Part shown: in pieces, positions 18,314-28,415 of the stretch
Position numbering within the stretch: position 1 is the first letter of the stretch
Layout: every line of letters starts with the position of its first letter
Assembly (NCBI RefSeq): GCF_900232105.1
Contig: NZ_LT934425.1
Span: 4,320,001 to 4,352,000 of the forward strand
Source of the DNA: Candidatus Kuenenia stuttgartensis
GTDB lineage: Bacteria > Planctomycetota > Brocadiia > Brocadiales > Brocadiaceae
DNA: 32,000 nucleotides
Direction: 5' to 3'
Program-made: the position numbers and the translations under genes
Notes under the pieces: generated by a model
What the model was told of the DNA's origin: nothing
Database searches by the model: none
What the model saw: only the letters and a program-made list of their open reading frames with translations

Positions 18314-19612
18314 ATGTCATACTATTTTGTGTTCTGTTTTTCTATGATAACCGCTCCAAAAAATAAAATTATTATTTTTGATGTTGACGGAGTCCTTTTC
18401 AGAGGACATTTTCTTCTTCATTTATCAAGACGTCTTGGTCTTTTACTTTCTATCCGCACGTTCTTGTTATGCATATTGTTCAACATCGGCAAATTACCCT
18501 TCCATACCTTTATAAAAAGGGTATACCGTTCCTTTCGCAATATTCCGCTTGAACAGGCAAGGAAAGTATACGAAGAGATACCTCTTATCCAGAATGCGAA
18601 AGAAACAATTGAAATATTGCGGGGGCATGGTTATTTGGTGTTTTTAATAAGCAGCGGTGTTCCTGATGTATTTGTTAAAGACCTTGCAGCAAGGGTATCT
18701 GCAAACAATGGATATGGTATTACCGTTGGCATTGACAACGGCGCATTAACAGGGGAAATATACGGACAGCTTATTATGCCCGAGGGAAAGGTAAACATCA
18801 TTGAAAGTGAATTGCAACACTATGATCTTTCATGGCATGATGTAATTGTACTGGTAGATGACCGCAATAATTCAGACATTTTGCAAAAATCGAATATAGG
18901 CATAGGAGTAAACGCTCAGTATTCAATCCGCAGGCAGGCAGATTATTTAATTGATAACAACAACCTGTCTGAACTGTTGGATATTCTGGATATAGCAGAT
19001 GCAAACACATACAAGGCCCTCTTTTCAGGGATGCGTAAACAATTTGAGCATTCATGGTACCAGGAAATACGCAGAAAACTTTTACACATCATAATTGCAC
19101 TTGTACCTGTTTTTTCCCAATATATCTTTATAACCACCCTATCGGTGCTTTTTTCCATAGTAGTTTTCTATTTGATTTCAGAGTTTTTGAGGGTCAACGG
19201 GCTTTCTTTTCCCCTGTTAGGCCTTGTTACGAAATCAAGTATACGTAAACGGGAGGAACGCGGCATTGCTTTTGGACCTATCACCTTAATATTGGGCGCA
19301 GCTTTTTCCATATTGATTTTCCCAAAAGAAATAGCAAGCGCTGTTATATGGATCGTCGCCTTTTCCGATGCTGCCGCAACTCTGGTGGGGAAAAGTATCG
19401 GGAAAATCAGGATACCTTATAACAGGCAAAAAAGTGTAGAAGGGTCTTTGGCGGCGCTGGCTGTTGCCATAATTTGCGGATGCATCTTCCTTCCTATTGC
19501 GCCAGCCTTAATTGCCGCCTTTGTTGCATGCTTTATTGAATCATTACCGCTAAGGGCAGCAGATAATTTACTGATGCCTGTTGGCGCCGGATTGATATTA
19601 TTGTGTTTTTGA
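18314..19612 (+). CDS. HAD-superfamily hydrolase fused to a polyprenol/dolichol/diacylglycerol kinase-like membrane domain
   Basis: N-term KIIIFDVDGVLFRGHF (HAD motif I) and VIVLVDDRNNSDIL (motif IV-like); C-term KLLHIIIALVP...RGIAFGPITLILGAAFSILIF...VAFSDAAATLVGKSIGKIRIP...KSVEGSLAALAVA (SEC59/DGK-like, DxxA-x-LxGKxxG and KSVEGS). Confidence 0.82.
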   Translation: MSYYFVFCFSMITAPKNKIIIFDVDGVLFRGHFLLHLSRRLGLLLSIRTFLLCILFNIGKLPFHTFIKRVYRSFRNIPLEQARKVYEEIPLIQNAKETIEILRGHGYLVFLISSGVPDVFVKDLAARVSANNGYGITVGIDNGALTGEIYGQLIMPEGKVNIIESELQHYDLSWHDVIVLVDDRNNSDILQKSNIGIGVNAQYSIRRQADYLIDNNNLSELLDILDIADANTYKALFSGMRKQFEHSWYQEIRRKLLHIIIALVPVFSQYIFITTLSVLFSIVVFYLISEFLRVNGLSFPLLGLVTKSSIRKREERGIAFGPITLILGAAFSILIFPKEIASAVIWIVAFSDAAATLVGKSIGKIRIPYNRQKSVEGSLAALAVAIICGCIFLPIAPALIAAFVACFIESLPLRAADNLLMPVGAGLILLCF

Positions 19613-19631
19613 AATCCTGAAACATACATCT

Positions 19632-20855
19632 ATGTACATTAGAAAGCCCGAATTGGTTGCCCCTGCAGGCGATATGGAGAAACTTAAAACAGCCATTGAA
19701 TATGGCGCTGACTCTGTATACATTGGCGCAGAAGGTTTTAATCTTCGGATGGGCGCGGAAAATCTTACTATGCAGGAAATTCGAAATGCCGTTGATTATG
19801 TTCATGAAAAAGAGAAAAAAATATACGTTGCGCTCAATATTTATGCACGGAATTATCATATTCGCCGCATTGTCTCTTGCGTGAAAGCACTTGCGGAGAT
19901 ACCGGTAGATGCGGTAATCGTGTCTGATCCGGGAATTTTATTAACGATAAAAGAAATAGCTCCTCACATAAAAATCCATCTTAGCACACAGGCAAACACC
20001 ACAAACTTTAAATCACTCGAATTTTGGCGTCAACAAGGTATAAAAAGAGCCGTCCTTGCCCGTGAATTAACACTTGGAGAAATTGAAGAAATTATTGCCA
20101 ATACCGCAGTAGAGACCGAAGTATTTGTACATGGTGCTATGTGTATGGCGTATTCAGGGCGTTGTTTATTAAGCAGCTATATGTCAAACCGGCATGCAAA
20201 TTTAGGCGATTGTTCGCATTCCTGCCGTTGGAAATATGTGCTGAAGGAAGAAAACCGGCCTGGGGAAACATTTCCTATTATTCAGGATGAAACAGGCACT
20301 TACATTTTAAGTTCAAAGGATTTATGCATGCTTGAATATATTCCAGAATTAGTGTCCGCAGGTATTACTGCATGGAAGATTGAAGGACGCATGAAGAGCC
20401 AATACTATGTAGCCTCCGTAACAAGAATCTATCGCGAGGCATTGGACCGTTATTTTTCTGACCCTGAAAATTACGTAATTGATGAGCAATGGTTATCTGA
20501 ACTGGAAAAGACGAGTCATCGTGAATTTGGCACCGGATTCTTTCTGGGATATCGTGAAAATAATCCGCAAGTCAGCCACCAGGACCATGCCTATATTAAA
20601 GAATATGAATTCCTGGGGATTATTAATAATGTATCTAATGATAACATCGCAGAAATATTAGTAAAAAATACCATTAAGGAAAATATCCCTATCGAAATAA
20701 TGGGCAAGAAATTAAAGGACGATTTTGAAGAGCCGTACCTGAAGATGAGGAATGAATTGAATGAACCAATAAAAATAGCGAATGCCGGACAGAAAATATT
20801 CGCAAAATTATCGCAGCCCGTTCATAAATATTTTATACTAAGAAAATGTGGTTAA
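19632..20855 (+). CDS. Peptidase U32-family protein (prephenate-dependent tRNA/rRNA hydroxylase or protease-like)
   Basis: PELVAPAGDMEKLKTAIEYGADSVYIGAEGFNLRMGAENLT...EVFVHGAMCMAYSGRCLLSSYMSNRHANLGDCSHSCRWKY...SSKDLCMLEYIPELVSAGITAWKIEGRMKSQYYVA. Confidence 0.93.
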   Translation: MYIRKPELVAPAGDMEKLKTAIEYGADSVYIGAEGFNLRMGAENLTMQEIRNAVDYVHEKEKKIYVALNIYARNYHIRRIVSCVKALAEIPVDAVIVSDPGILLTIKEIAPHIKIHLSTQANTTNFKSLEFWRQQGIKRAVLARELTLGEIEEIIANTAVETEVFVHGAMCMAYSGRCLLSSYMSNRHANLGDCSHSCRWKYVLKEENRPGETFPIIQDETGTYILSSKDLCMLEYIPELVSAGITAWKIEGRMKSQYYVASVTRIYREALDRYFSDPENYVIDEQWLSELEKTSHREFGTGFFLGYRENNPQVSHQDHAYIKEYEFLGIINNVSNDNIAEILVKNTIKENIPIEIMGKKLKDDFEEPYLKMRNELNEPIKIANAGQKIFAKLSQPVHKYFILRKCG

Positions 20856-20981
20856 TTTAAAATCTAAATCGTTCCCGTGGCGGCTGGAGTTCCCCCCCAT
20901 GCCGCCTCTGAATTAAATGTAATATGATAGTAATCAACGTTTATTTTCTACATTTTTATTAAAAGAGAAAGAATATTAGAA

Positions 20982-22022
20982 ATGAACCAAAAAATAGCCC
21001 TACTCCTTGTTTTATTAATAGTCTTTACTGGATGCAGCAGCAGTTCGAAAGAATATTTAAATAATCTATCGCCCTTTAAAAGCGAGGGGAAAACGCTCGA
21101 ACCAAAGAAAGGCGCAAAGGTTACTGAGGCAGACAAATATGAACAAATATTTGTCTGTTCCGGAGACATTAACGTTGCCTATCAAAATATGGGGCAGGTG
21201 AGCCTTGGTGAGTATGGGTTTTCAGGGCATGATGTCCTGGCAAAAAAAATAAAAGAGAAGGCATTTCTGGTTGGAGTACAGGCGGTAATAAATGTGCAAT
21301 ATGATACAGGATACGCAAAAACCTACCGGTCTTACGGAGAACTTGGCGGCACTGATTATGGTGTAAATAAGACATCGTGGGTGAAGGGGACAGGCATTGT
21401 TCTTATAGAAAAACATGATCCCATTGGTTTAATTGTATGCAGCCTGACCAGGGAAAACAAAGAATGGTTTCGGTTTAAACCTAGTCAAAGCGGCGTTCTG
21501 GTTGTCAGCGTTCTTGAAGGAAGTGTTGCTGCAAAAGCGGGGATTAAAACGGAGGATCTCATTATGGACTGGAACGGAGAAAAAATTACGACGAAAAAAC
21601 AATTTGCCATGTTAACGGAAACTTCCGCCAACAAAGAAGCAAAACTTACTATACTGCGTTCAGATGGCATTATTGTTGTTACTTTGCGTATTCCTGAACA
21701 CGATTCTACCATTAATACTTCGCAGGTATCTGAACCATTGCGTAAGGAGATCGCTTCAACCCCGGTAACTGCCCCGCACAAACCGCCTATAAGAAAATCT
21801 GAATTAAAGTCCGCAGAGGTACACAATGAGATTGGCGACCTTTTACTGCGAAAGGGAATGTATCAGGAAGCAATGGAAGAATACAAAAAAGCTGTTGAAG
21901 CCGACCCATATAAAGCGCTCTCTCATTTTAATCTGAGCATCGCATATGAAAAGCTGGGTTTAAAAAGGGAAGCGGATGAGGAGTTTGCCCTTTATAAAAA
22001 ATTAAAGGTGCAAAAAAATTGA
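20982..22022 (+). CDS. Putative lipoprotein with PDZ-like domain and C-terminal TPR
   Basis: Lipobox MNQKIALLLVLLIVFTGCSS; PDZ-like GVLVVSVLEGSVAAKAGIKTEDLIMDWNGEKITTKKQF; TPR HNEIGDLLLRKGMYQEAMEEYKKAVEADPYKALSHFNLSIAYEKLG. Confidence 0.8.
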   Translation: MNQKIALLLVLLIVFTGCSSSSKEYLNNLSPFKSEGKTLEPKKGAKVTEADKYEQIFVCSGDINVAYQNMGQVSLGEYGFSGHDVLAKKIKEKAFLVGVQAVINVQYDTGYAKTYRSYGELGGTDYGVNKTSWVKGTGIVLIEKHDPIGLIVCSLTRENKEWFRFKPSQSGVLVVSVLEGSVAAKAGIKTEDLIMDWNGEKITTKKQFAMLTETSANKEAKLTILRSDGIIVVTLRIPEHDSTINTSQVSEPLRKEIASTPVTAPHKPPIRKSELKSAEVHNEIGDLLLRKGMYQEAMEEYKKAVEADPYKALSHFNLSIAYEKLGLKREADEEFALYKKLKVQKN

Positions 22023-22045
22023 ATTGATATCATGAAATAAAAAAT

Positions 22046-22759
22046 ATGAAGAAATTACTGGTAAGTACTAATAACCATTTTTGTTGTAAAAAATATATGC
22101 CTTTCATTTTATTAAAAAGCATTTTTCTCTTTTTTTTAACGATATCCTCTTTTTGCCTGCTAAAAGAATCCTTTGGCGAGAATCTACTCAAAAATGGCGA
22201 TTTTGAAACCGGCAATACTTCGGGCTGGATATGTTGGGAAACATTTCCATGGGACGGCGATGGCATTCCGGTGAAACATCCAGCAAGAGTAGATATTCAT
22301 GTTCCGGGGACAATAGGAGTTCCCACACCACCGGCAATAAGCGGTTTATACGCTTTAACACAAGAGGTAACCGCTGAAGGAACAGCCCGCGGCGGTATTT
22401 ATCAGGAACTGAATATCAATGCACATTCTACCTATGTGCTGACGGGTAGCATGGCATTCTACGGTGATAATATTGGAGATATTACTATTATAGGCTTACT
22501 TGACGGGCAGTGGAACCCTGTAAATACTTCAACCACTCCTTTTAAATTTTATATTGGCGGCGACACGGTTTCTTCATGGACTAAATTTTCACTCTCAATT
22601 ATTCCGTCAAAAAATATTATTACCGTATTTACCGAAACATGCCAGGATTGGGGATATGGGTATGTGGCAGGCTGGTATGACAATCTCTCCTTACAATTTG
22701 TCTACGAAAACAGCAAACCTTTCTCATCGGAAAAAACTCCGCCAGAAGTCCAGAAGTAA
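22046..22759 (+). CDS. Secreted hypothetical protein with carbohydrate-binding-module-like N-terminus
   Basis: Hydrophobic leader then ENLLKNGDFETGNTSGWICWETFPW...; NxGDFExG..SGW is typical of CBM/jelly-roll secreted domains. Confidence 0.6.
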   Translation: MKKLLVSTNNHFCCKKYMPFILLKSIFLFFLTISSFCLLKESFGENLLKNGDFETGNTSGWICWETFPWDGDGIPVKHPARVDIHVPGTIGVPTPPAISGLYALTQEVTAEGTARGGIYQELNINAHSTYVLTGSMAFYGDNIGDITIIGLLDGQWNPVNTSTTPFKFYIGGDTVSSWTKFSLSIIPSKNIITVFTETCQDWGYGYVAGWYDNLSLQFVYENSKPFSSEKTPPEVQK

Positions 22760-22887
22760 TAATAAAATCCAATCCAATCCAATCAGAAAATTCAATAGCA
22801 TTTAACATCCTGAAATAAGACAATGAGTAATGATTAGTAACACTTTAGTTCTATGAAAAATAAAAAATGCTTGTTCCCATCACGGCG

Positions 22888-23626
22888 CTGTCAAAGTTTT
22901 CCATAAGCGCATAATATACAAAGATATGTAAAAAAACGTGGACATTCCCCCTAAAATATTTTATATTATAGGGCATGAACCAGCATACAACACCAATCGA
23001 TAACACACACAATGAACTACTTTGTTCAATTACCGTTCGTCCTGTTTCACAAAACGACCAGGCAAATTGGGACATACTGATGCGCCAGCATCATTACCTT
23101 GGATTTCATTCTCTCGTAGGAGAATCAATTCGCTACGTAGCGGAATCACAGGGACAATGGCTTGCCTTGATCGGCTGGGCTGCCGCAGCATTAAAATGTA
23201 CCGTTCGCGATAAGTGGATTGGATGGCCGCCATTTTTAAAATCGCAACGACTGAAACTCATAGCAAACAACTCACGTTTCCTGATCCTTCCTCAGATACA
23301 CGTACCAAACCTTGCCTCCCGTATTCTTTCTCTTAACCTTAAGCGCTTATCACAAGACTGGACTAAGGTCTATGGGCATCCAATCTGGCTTGTGGAGACC
23401 TTTGTCGATCCTCGTTTTTTTAAAGGCGTCTGCTATAAGGCCGCAGGATGGATTTTTTTAGGACATTCAACCGGTTTTGCCAGATCATCACAAGGCTATC
23501 TTCTGCACAATAAGCCAAAGATGGTCTTTGTTCGCTCATTGAATGCACAAGTCCAAAAACAACTTAACAACCTTAATCTTACCATACAATTAAGAAAGGA
23601 GACAAAGCCTATGAAATTATCTTTAA
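22888..23626 (+). pseudogene. Second DruA-ISAs1 element, truncated immediately after the first codons of the ISAs1 transposase domain
   Basis: ORF 22975-23649 is almost identical to residues 1-217 of the 15055-16338 protein, then breaks at ATGAAATTATCTTTAA|CACCG where another IS terminus begins. Confidence 0.9.
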
Positions 23627-25809
23627 CACCGATTTTCACACACACATAAACCATCATAATACACCCCTTAAAGTCGTCTGTGTTTGAAGGCTGCAGAGCG
23701 ATGAATTTATTTTGCCCTTACCTTGTAAACTTATATTACAAAATAGTCTATGCCTTGTATTTCATTACTTGCCTGTTAGTAGTAACAAATTACATTTTTA
23801 AATCAGGGCATTTTTGCATTATTCGGGAATTTCAGCAAATTTTGGGATTTTAGGGTGATAATATGATGAACAAAATGCTTGATTGATGATTATAAGTGTG
23901 CTACAATTCTGAATATTAACCAATTAGCAAGCGCAAATACCTCTCAAATAGAAGGTATTTGACGGTATTATCAGTATTCAGCAAGAATATTACAAATGCA
24001 TAATCATCATAATAACACCCTAATACATGGCAAACTTAATCTAGTTTCATATTTCAATAATCCTGTTTCACAAAGACAAAAACAATATGAAGCAGTAAGG
24101 GCCATTGTAATTGACAAACAGGCAGTTGAGACTGTAGCAACAAAATTTGGTTACAAGCCAGGCACGGTTTATTCTTTAATGAGAGACGTTAATGCAGGGA
24201 AAATAGAACTTTTCCCTATCGTGCGAAAGGGCCCTAAAAAGAAAAGGACTACTTGTGATGTTCAGGATAAAATTATCAAATACAGGAAACAGGGACTATC
24301 GACAACCGACATCCATAGCCGCCTTGCGGAAGAGGAGATCAATATATCTGCAATCACAGTAGAACGTATTCTGAAAACCGCAGGGTTCGGCAAACTAAAA
24401 CGCAGAACGAATAATGAACTTGGAAAAACTCTTAAAAACAAAATCATACCGGAACGTTCGGAACACCTGGATTTTGAGATACTCGAATATCTTAATGTGG
24501 ATTGCCCCACGGCCGGGGTTTTCTTTTTTATCCCTTATATCATAGAATCCGGTATCCTTGATTTGTTGCAGGAATGTAAGTTGCCTGAATCAAGCGATAT
24601 TGGATCGACGCAAGCCTGTCTTTCCATGTTACTGCTGAAATTAATAGGCGAGAGGAGGCTGACCCATATTTGTGCTTATGACCAGGAACCTGGCTTTGGA
24701 GTTTTTGCCGGATTAAACGTTCTTCCGAAGCCTACATACATGAACACCTATTCATGCCGTTGCTCTGAAACTCAGTTGATGAATTTGCAAAGCAAAGTTG
24801 TTTCGCTTTTCAGGAAAAAGTATCCGGACTTTTATAGTAGCGACTATATAAATCTTGATTTTCACTCGATCCCGCATTATGGGGATGAATCCGAAATGGA
24901 AAAGATCTGGTGTGGGTCTAAGGGTAAGACCATGAAAGGCGCTAATACCATCATTGCGTCTGATAGTAAAAGCAATGCAGTTTTATATACAAGAGCTGAT
25001 ATACTACGGCGCGAAGAGTCGCAAGAGGTTAAAAAGTTTGTAAGTTACTGGAAAAATATAAAAGGCAATGTTAGCGAAACACTTGTTTTTGATTGCAAGT
25101 TTACGGCTTACAATATCCTTGACGATCTTGAAAATGACAAGGTAAAGTTCATAACGCTTCGTAAACGTTATGCCGGCCTTGTGAAGGAAACATTGGTACT
25201 TCCAAAGGAGGTATGGAAAAAAGTTTATATTCCGGTTCCAAAGCGAAAGTATAAAAACGTCTCAGTTTATGAAAGCGAAGTCAGGCTTAAAGATTGTAAA
25301 AACATTTTCAGGCAAATAGTGGTGAAAGATCACGGACGGGAGAACCCTACATTTATTTTAACCAATAGCAAAGAGCTGTCCTTACAAAGGGTATTGGAAG
25401 TTTACGCTAAACGATGGCGGATAGAAAACAAAATAGCCGAACTGGTAATGTTTTTCAATCTGAACTCTCTGTCTTCACCTATTATGATCCGTATTCATTT
25501 TGACATTCTATGGACAATGATTGCTGATACCCTGTATCATCGATTCGCATGCGACCTGAGACGTTTTGAAAATAATCTTGCCCCTGCAATATTCAGGAAG
25601 TTTATTGATATGCCGGGGAGGGTCGTTTATGACGGTGGTAAGTTTTTTGTGAAAATAAGAAAAAGAGCACATACTCCGGTTTTGATGGAAGTAAAAAAAT
25701 TACAAACTCCATTCGCTGTTCCATGGCTTGGAGGAAAATCTATTGAAATTGTCTGGACGGCATGATTAGGGTGTTTTTATGATGGTTTTCATGCCTGTGA
25801 AAATCGGTG
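23627..25809 (+). mobile_element. DDE-transposase insertion sequence with about 40-bp imperfect TIRs
   Basis: Left CACCGATTTTCACACACACATAAACCATCATAATACACCC; right (rc) CACCGATTTTCACAGGCATGAAAACCATCATAAAAACACCC; TTAA abuts both ends (23623-23626, 25810-25813). Confidence 0.8.
23996..25765 (+). CDS. HTH plus DDE (IS4-superfamily-like) transposase, 589 aa, family not assigned
   Basis: N-term HTH-like EAVRAIVIDKQAVETVATKFGYKPGTVYSLMRDVNAGKIELF and second QDKIIKYRKQGLSTTDIHSRLAEEEINISAITVERILKTAGF; C-term YAKRWRIENKIAELVMFFNLNSL like the Y-R-E region of IS4-type enzymes; located between TIRs. Confidence 0.75.
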   Translation: MHNHHNNTLIHGKLNLVSYFNNPVSQRQKQYEAVRAIVIDKQAVETVATKFGYKPGTVYSLMRDVNAGKIELFPIVRKGPKKKRTTCDVQDKIIKYRKQGLSTTDIHSRLAEEEINISAITVERILKTAGFGKLKRRTNNELGKTLKNKIIPERSEHLDFEILEYLNVDCPTAGVFFFIPYIIESGILDLLQECKLPESSDIGSTQACLSMLLLKLIGERRLTHICAYDQEPGFGVFAGLNVLPKPTYMNTYSCRCSETQLMNLQSKVVSLFRKKYPDFYSSDYINLDFHSIPHYGDESEMEKIWCGSKGKTMKGANTIIASDSKSNAVLYTRADILRREESQEVKKFVSYWKNIKGNVSETLVFDCKFTAYNILDDLENDKVKFITLRKRYAGLVKETLVLPKEVWKKVYIPVPKRKYKNVSVYESEVRLKDCKNIFRQIVVKDHGRENPTFILTNSKELSLQRVLEVYAKRWRIENKIAELVMFFNLNSLSSPIMIRIHFDILWTMIADTLYHRFACDLRRFENNLAPAIFRKFIDMPGRVVYDGGKFFVKIRKRAHTPVLMEVKKLQTPFAVPWLGGKSIEIVWTA

Positions 25810-25850
25810 TTAAAGACCTGTCCATAATTCAAATTCGGGACTTTTGTCAT
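25810..25850 (-). pseudogene. hicA: hicA 5' remnant
   Basis: ATGACAAAAGTCCCGAATTTGAATTATGGACAGGTCTTTAA = MTKVPNLNYGQVF..., overlapping the hicB stop (ATGA), cut at the IS terminus. Confidence 0.6.
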
Positions 25851-25976
25851 AGGGCAATTTCTAATACCTGTGCATCAGGATTATACCTCATATCATCGTC
25901 AACAGGTTCAAGATATAATTCAATGGCTTCTCTGATATTTTTTAACGCCTCTTCCTTCGTATTGCCCTCGCTTATA
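25847..25976 (-). pseudogene. hicB: hicB 3' part
   Basis: Reads (I)SEGNTKEEALKNIREAIELYLEPVDDDMRYNPDAQVLEIAL-stop; joins across the IS630 insertion to MKIQVILEPSDEGGFTAIVPSLPGC (30350-30426). Confidence 0.85.
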
Positions 25977-25988
25977 TAGTCAAACAAA

Positions 25989-26676
25989 TCAGATTTTCGA
26001 AATTTGCTCGCCAATAATTTGAAAATTTTCAGTTAAAAGAGTAGACAATTCATCTGTATACTCGTTAATATTTTTGAAAAAACTTAAACATTTGTTTTTA
26101 AACTTCTCATAAGTATCATAATACTTGTTATACAATATTTTTTTGCGAAAGAATTTCCATAATCTTTCAATGAGATTTAAATTGGGTGAATAGGAAGGGA
26201 GAAATTTGATCTTTATTCTCGAATTTGCAAGGTATTCTTTGACCAACTTAGACCTGTAATATTTAGCATTATCAGAGATTATGTAAATAGTACCGGCTTG
26301 AGCATACCTTGACTCTATTTCATGGAAAAGCTTTATTGTTGATTGAGCATTGATGCTTTCATCTTCCCGGATTGTTACTTCAAAGGTTTCTATGTCAATA
26401 GCCCCGTTTAAATTTATTCTTTTCCTGCCGGTATTAGAGGGTATTTCCTTCTTTTTGCCTTTCTCTATCCAGCAATATGCAGACGTAGAATTGTGCTGTG
26501 GATGAACTCCATCCATAAAAAGTATCTTATCTCCGGGGGCTTTCTCTTCTTTGAGTTGTTTGTATTTTTCGATAAATTCTTTTTGTTTTTCAGGGTTTGC
26601 TTTGCCTGGAACTATTGTAGTTTTCTTGTAAGTAAAGCCTAATCTATCGAGGGTATGTACCATTCCTTCGGGTGTA
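25989..26676 (-). pseudogene. IS630-family transposase, DDE part
   Basis: DKILFMDGVHPQHNSTSAYCWIEKGKKKEIPSNTGRKRINLNGAIDIETFEV...IYIISDNAKYYRSKLVKEYL...IKFLPSYSPNLNLIERLWKFFRK; continuous with 28066-28415 after removing ISL3. Confidence 0.92.
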
Positions 26677-26684
26677 TAGATTTT

Positions 26685-28065
26685 GCCTCATCCGCAGAAT
26701 CTGTGGGTAAGTATTGGTTCCGGCAAATTACCAAGAGTATGATACAAGGCTGTTTGCAGGCATTCCAGAGATTTATAACCATAAGCCTTTCTCATAGTCA
26801 GTTTCGCCTTAAGGTTAAACCCCTCAACCGTACCGGAAGAAAGTCTGCCATCAGCCTTGAACCAGTTGAGAATGAGCTGCTTGTGATTGCGCAACATCTT
26901 TGCCACTTTTTTCATAGGTTCCAGGTTGGTTTTTAGGGTTCTCGTAATCCAGTTCTCGAGAAACCTGTCTGCATACGCCGGATACTTATACTCCCAAAAA
27001 CGCTGAAAATCTTCACGCATTAAATATGCCTTTATTGAACTCAGGTTGATCTTAACTATCTGGCTTAACCGTACCGTTTGCTTTTCTGTCAAGTTCTCAG
27101 GCCTTTTCAACAGTAACCAACGGCTCTTTTCCAAAACATTGTCTGTGCCTTCATCCTTGAGCTTTTTGACCTCTTCCCTCCGTATCTGGTCTATGGCTTC
27201 ATTGAATTTCTTCATGATGTGGAAACGGTCAAGAATATTAAGCGCCTGGGAAGCCTTCTTCGCTATCACCTTCAGGTACGGCGACCACATATCGCTGCAA
27301 ACGAATTTGATTCTCAGACAACGTTCTCTACCTAACTCCATGAAAAACTTCAGCAGGGTCTTTGCCTTCCGCTCAGGGCCACTCCATAAAAGCCTTTTGG
27401 CATGCGAATCAAGCTGATATACAAGGGTTAAATACTTGTGGCCACTCCAGACTTGTATCTCGTCTATTCCTATTTCCGTTATATTCTCCAAGTCCCTGTG
27501 GGCAAGGCCGTAGGCAACTACAAACTGCACTGCCCTATACACACTGTCCCAACTGGACTTGAATATCTCGGCTGTCTCTTTCCAACTCAGGCGTTTAGCC
27601 CATCGAGACAGGAATACCTTGTATGTGGTGGTCATCTGCTCCTTACCTTCTGACCAGGGAATTCGCTCTACATGGATTCCGTCCACTGGACAGGCGGCGC
27701 GTCGCGGGGAATATCGGAAAAATACTTGAAACCCCCATAATGGCGGATACTCGTATAACCGGGACGGCTGTGTATCATACCCAGACGCTCTCTTCCCACA
27801 TACTGAACATTCAGGCTTGGCATTTACCCTCGGCTTTATATCTGCTACTAATGCCTTTCTACCATTTATGACCTCGAAACTGACTGCTTTGTAAACAAAT
27901 GACTTGAAATTCTCTACCGTATTTAATAATGTCTTTATCTGCATTGCCTCTCCTTTTGGGTTAAGATGCTTTCTTGATAAAAAACATCTTACTCCCTTTG
28001 GGATGGCAATGCACCTTTTCTCTTACTAATCCTTACTTATTACCCACAGATTCTGCGGACGAGCC
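26685..28065 (-). mobile_element. ISL3-family insertion sequence, complete (1381 bp)
   Basis: TIRs GCCTCATCCGCAGAATCTGTGGGTAA / (rc) GGCTCGTCCGCAGAATCTGTGGGTAA (24/26 match); 8-bp TSD TAGATTTT at 26677-26684 and 28066-28073. Confidence 0.95.
26688..27944 (-). CDS. ISL3-family transposase, 418 aa
   Basis: CSVCGKRASGYD zinc finger, ITEIGIDEIQVWSGHKYLTLVYQLD, FVCSDMWSPYLKVI, LDRFHIMKKFNEAIDQIRR, SSGTVEGFNLKAKLTMRKAYGYKS. Confidence 0.95.
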   Translation of the reverse strand: MQIKTLLNTVENFKSFVYKAVSFEVINGRKALVADIKPRVNAKPECSVCGKRASGYDTQPSRLYEYPPLWGFQVFFRYSPRRAACPVDGIHVERIPWSEGKEQMTTTYKVFLSRWAKRLSWKETAEIFKSSWDSVYRAVQFVVAYGLAHRDLENITEIGIDEIQVWSGHKYLTLVYQLDSHAKRLLWSGPERKAKTLLKFFMELGRERCLRIKFVCSDMWSPYLKVIAKKASQALNILDRFHIMKKFNEAIDQIRREEVKKLKDEGTDNVLEKSRWLLLKRPENLTEKQTVRLSQIVKINLSSIKAYLMREDFQRFWEYKYPAYADRFLENWITRTLKTNLEPMKKVAKMLRNHKQLILNWFKADGRLSSGTVEGFNLKAKLTMRKAYGYKSLECLQTALYHTLGNLPEPILTHRFCG

Positions 28066-28415
28066 TAGATTTTATTGAATGTCTGTTTTACATATTCAGC
28101 AATTTCTTTTGCCGCACTATAGTTGTTTTGCCTGATATGATCTTTTAATTGTTCTTCTTGTTCGCATGTGAGTTTTGGCACACAGCCAACATAATTGTCA
28201 GATAAAAGCCCGTCAAAACCTTTATCTTTGTATAGTTTTTCGTAATTCCTGATTGTTTGATCGTCTAACAAGAGCGCCTCTGCTACTTTTTCATAACTCC
28301 ATCCTGAATCAAGAAGAAGTATAGCTTTGATTCGGTCGGCATGACGTCTATGAGGCTCTTTCTTATGTGCTTTTTTAAATTCTATTCGGGTTTTTTCACT
28401 GAGAAATGGATTCAT
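28066..28415 (-). pseudogene. IS630-family transposase, N-terminal HTH part
   Basis: MNPFLSEKTRIEFKKAHKKEPHRRHADRIKAILLLDSGWSYEKVAEALLLDD...AEYVKQTFNKI, continues as YTPEGMVHTLDRLGFTYKKTTIVPGK on the other side of ISL3. Confidence 0.92.
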
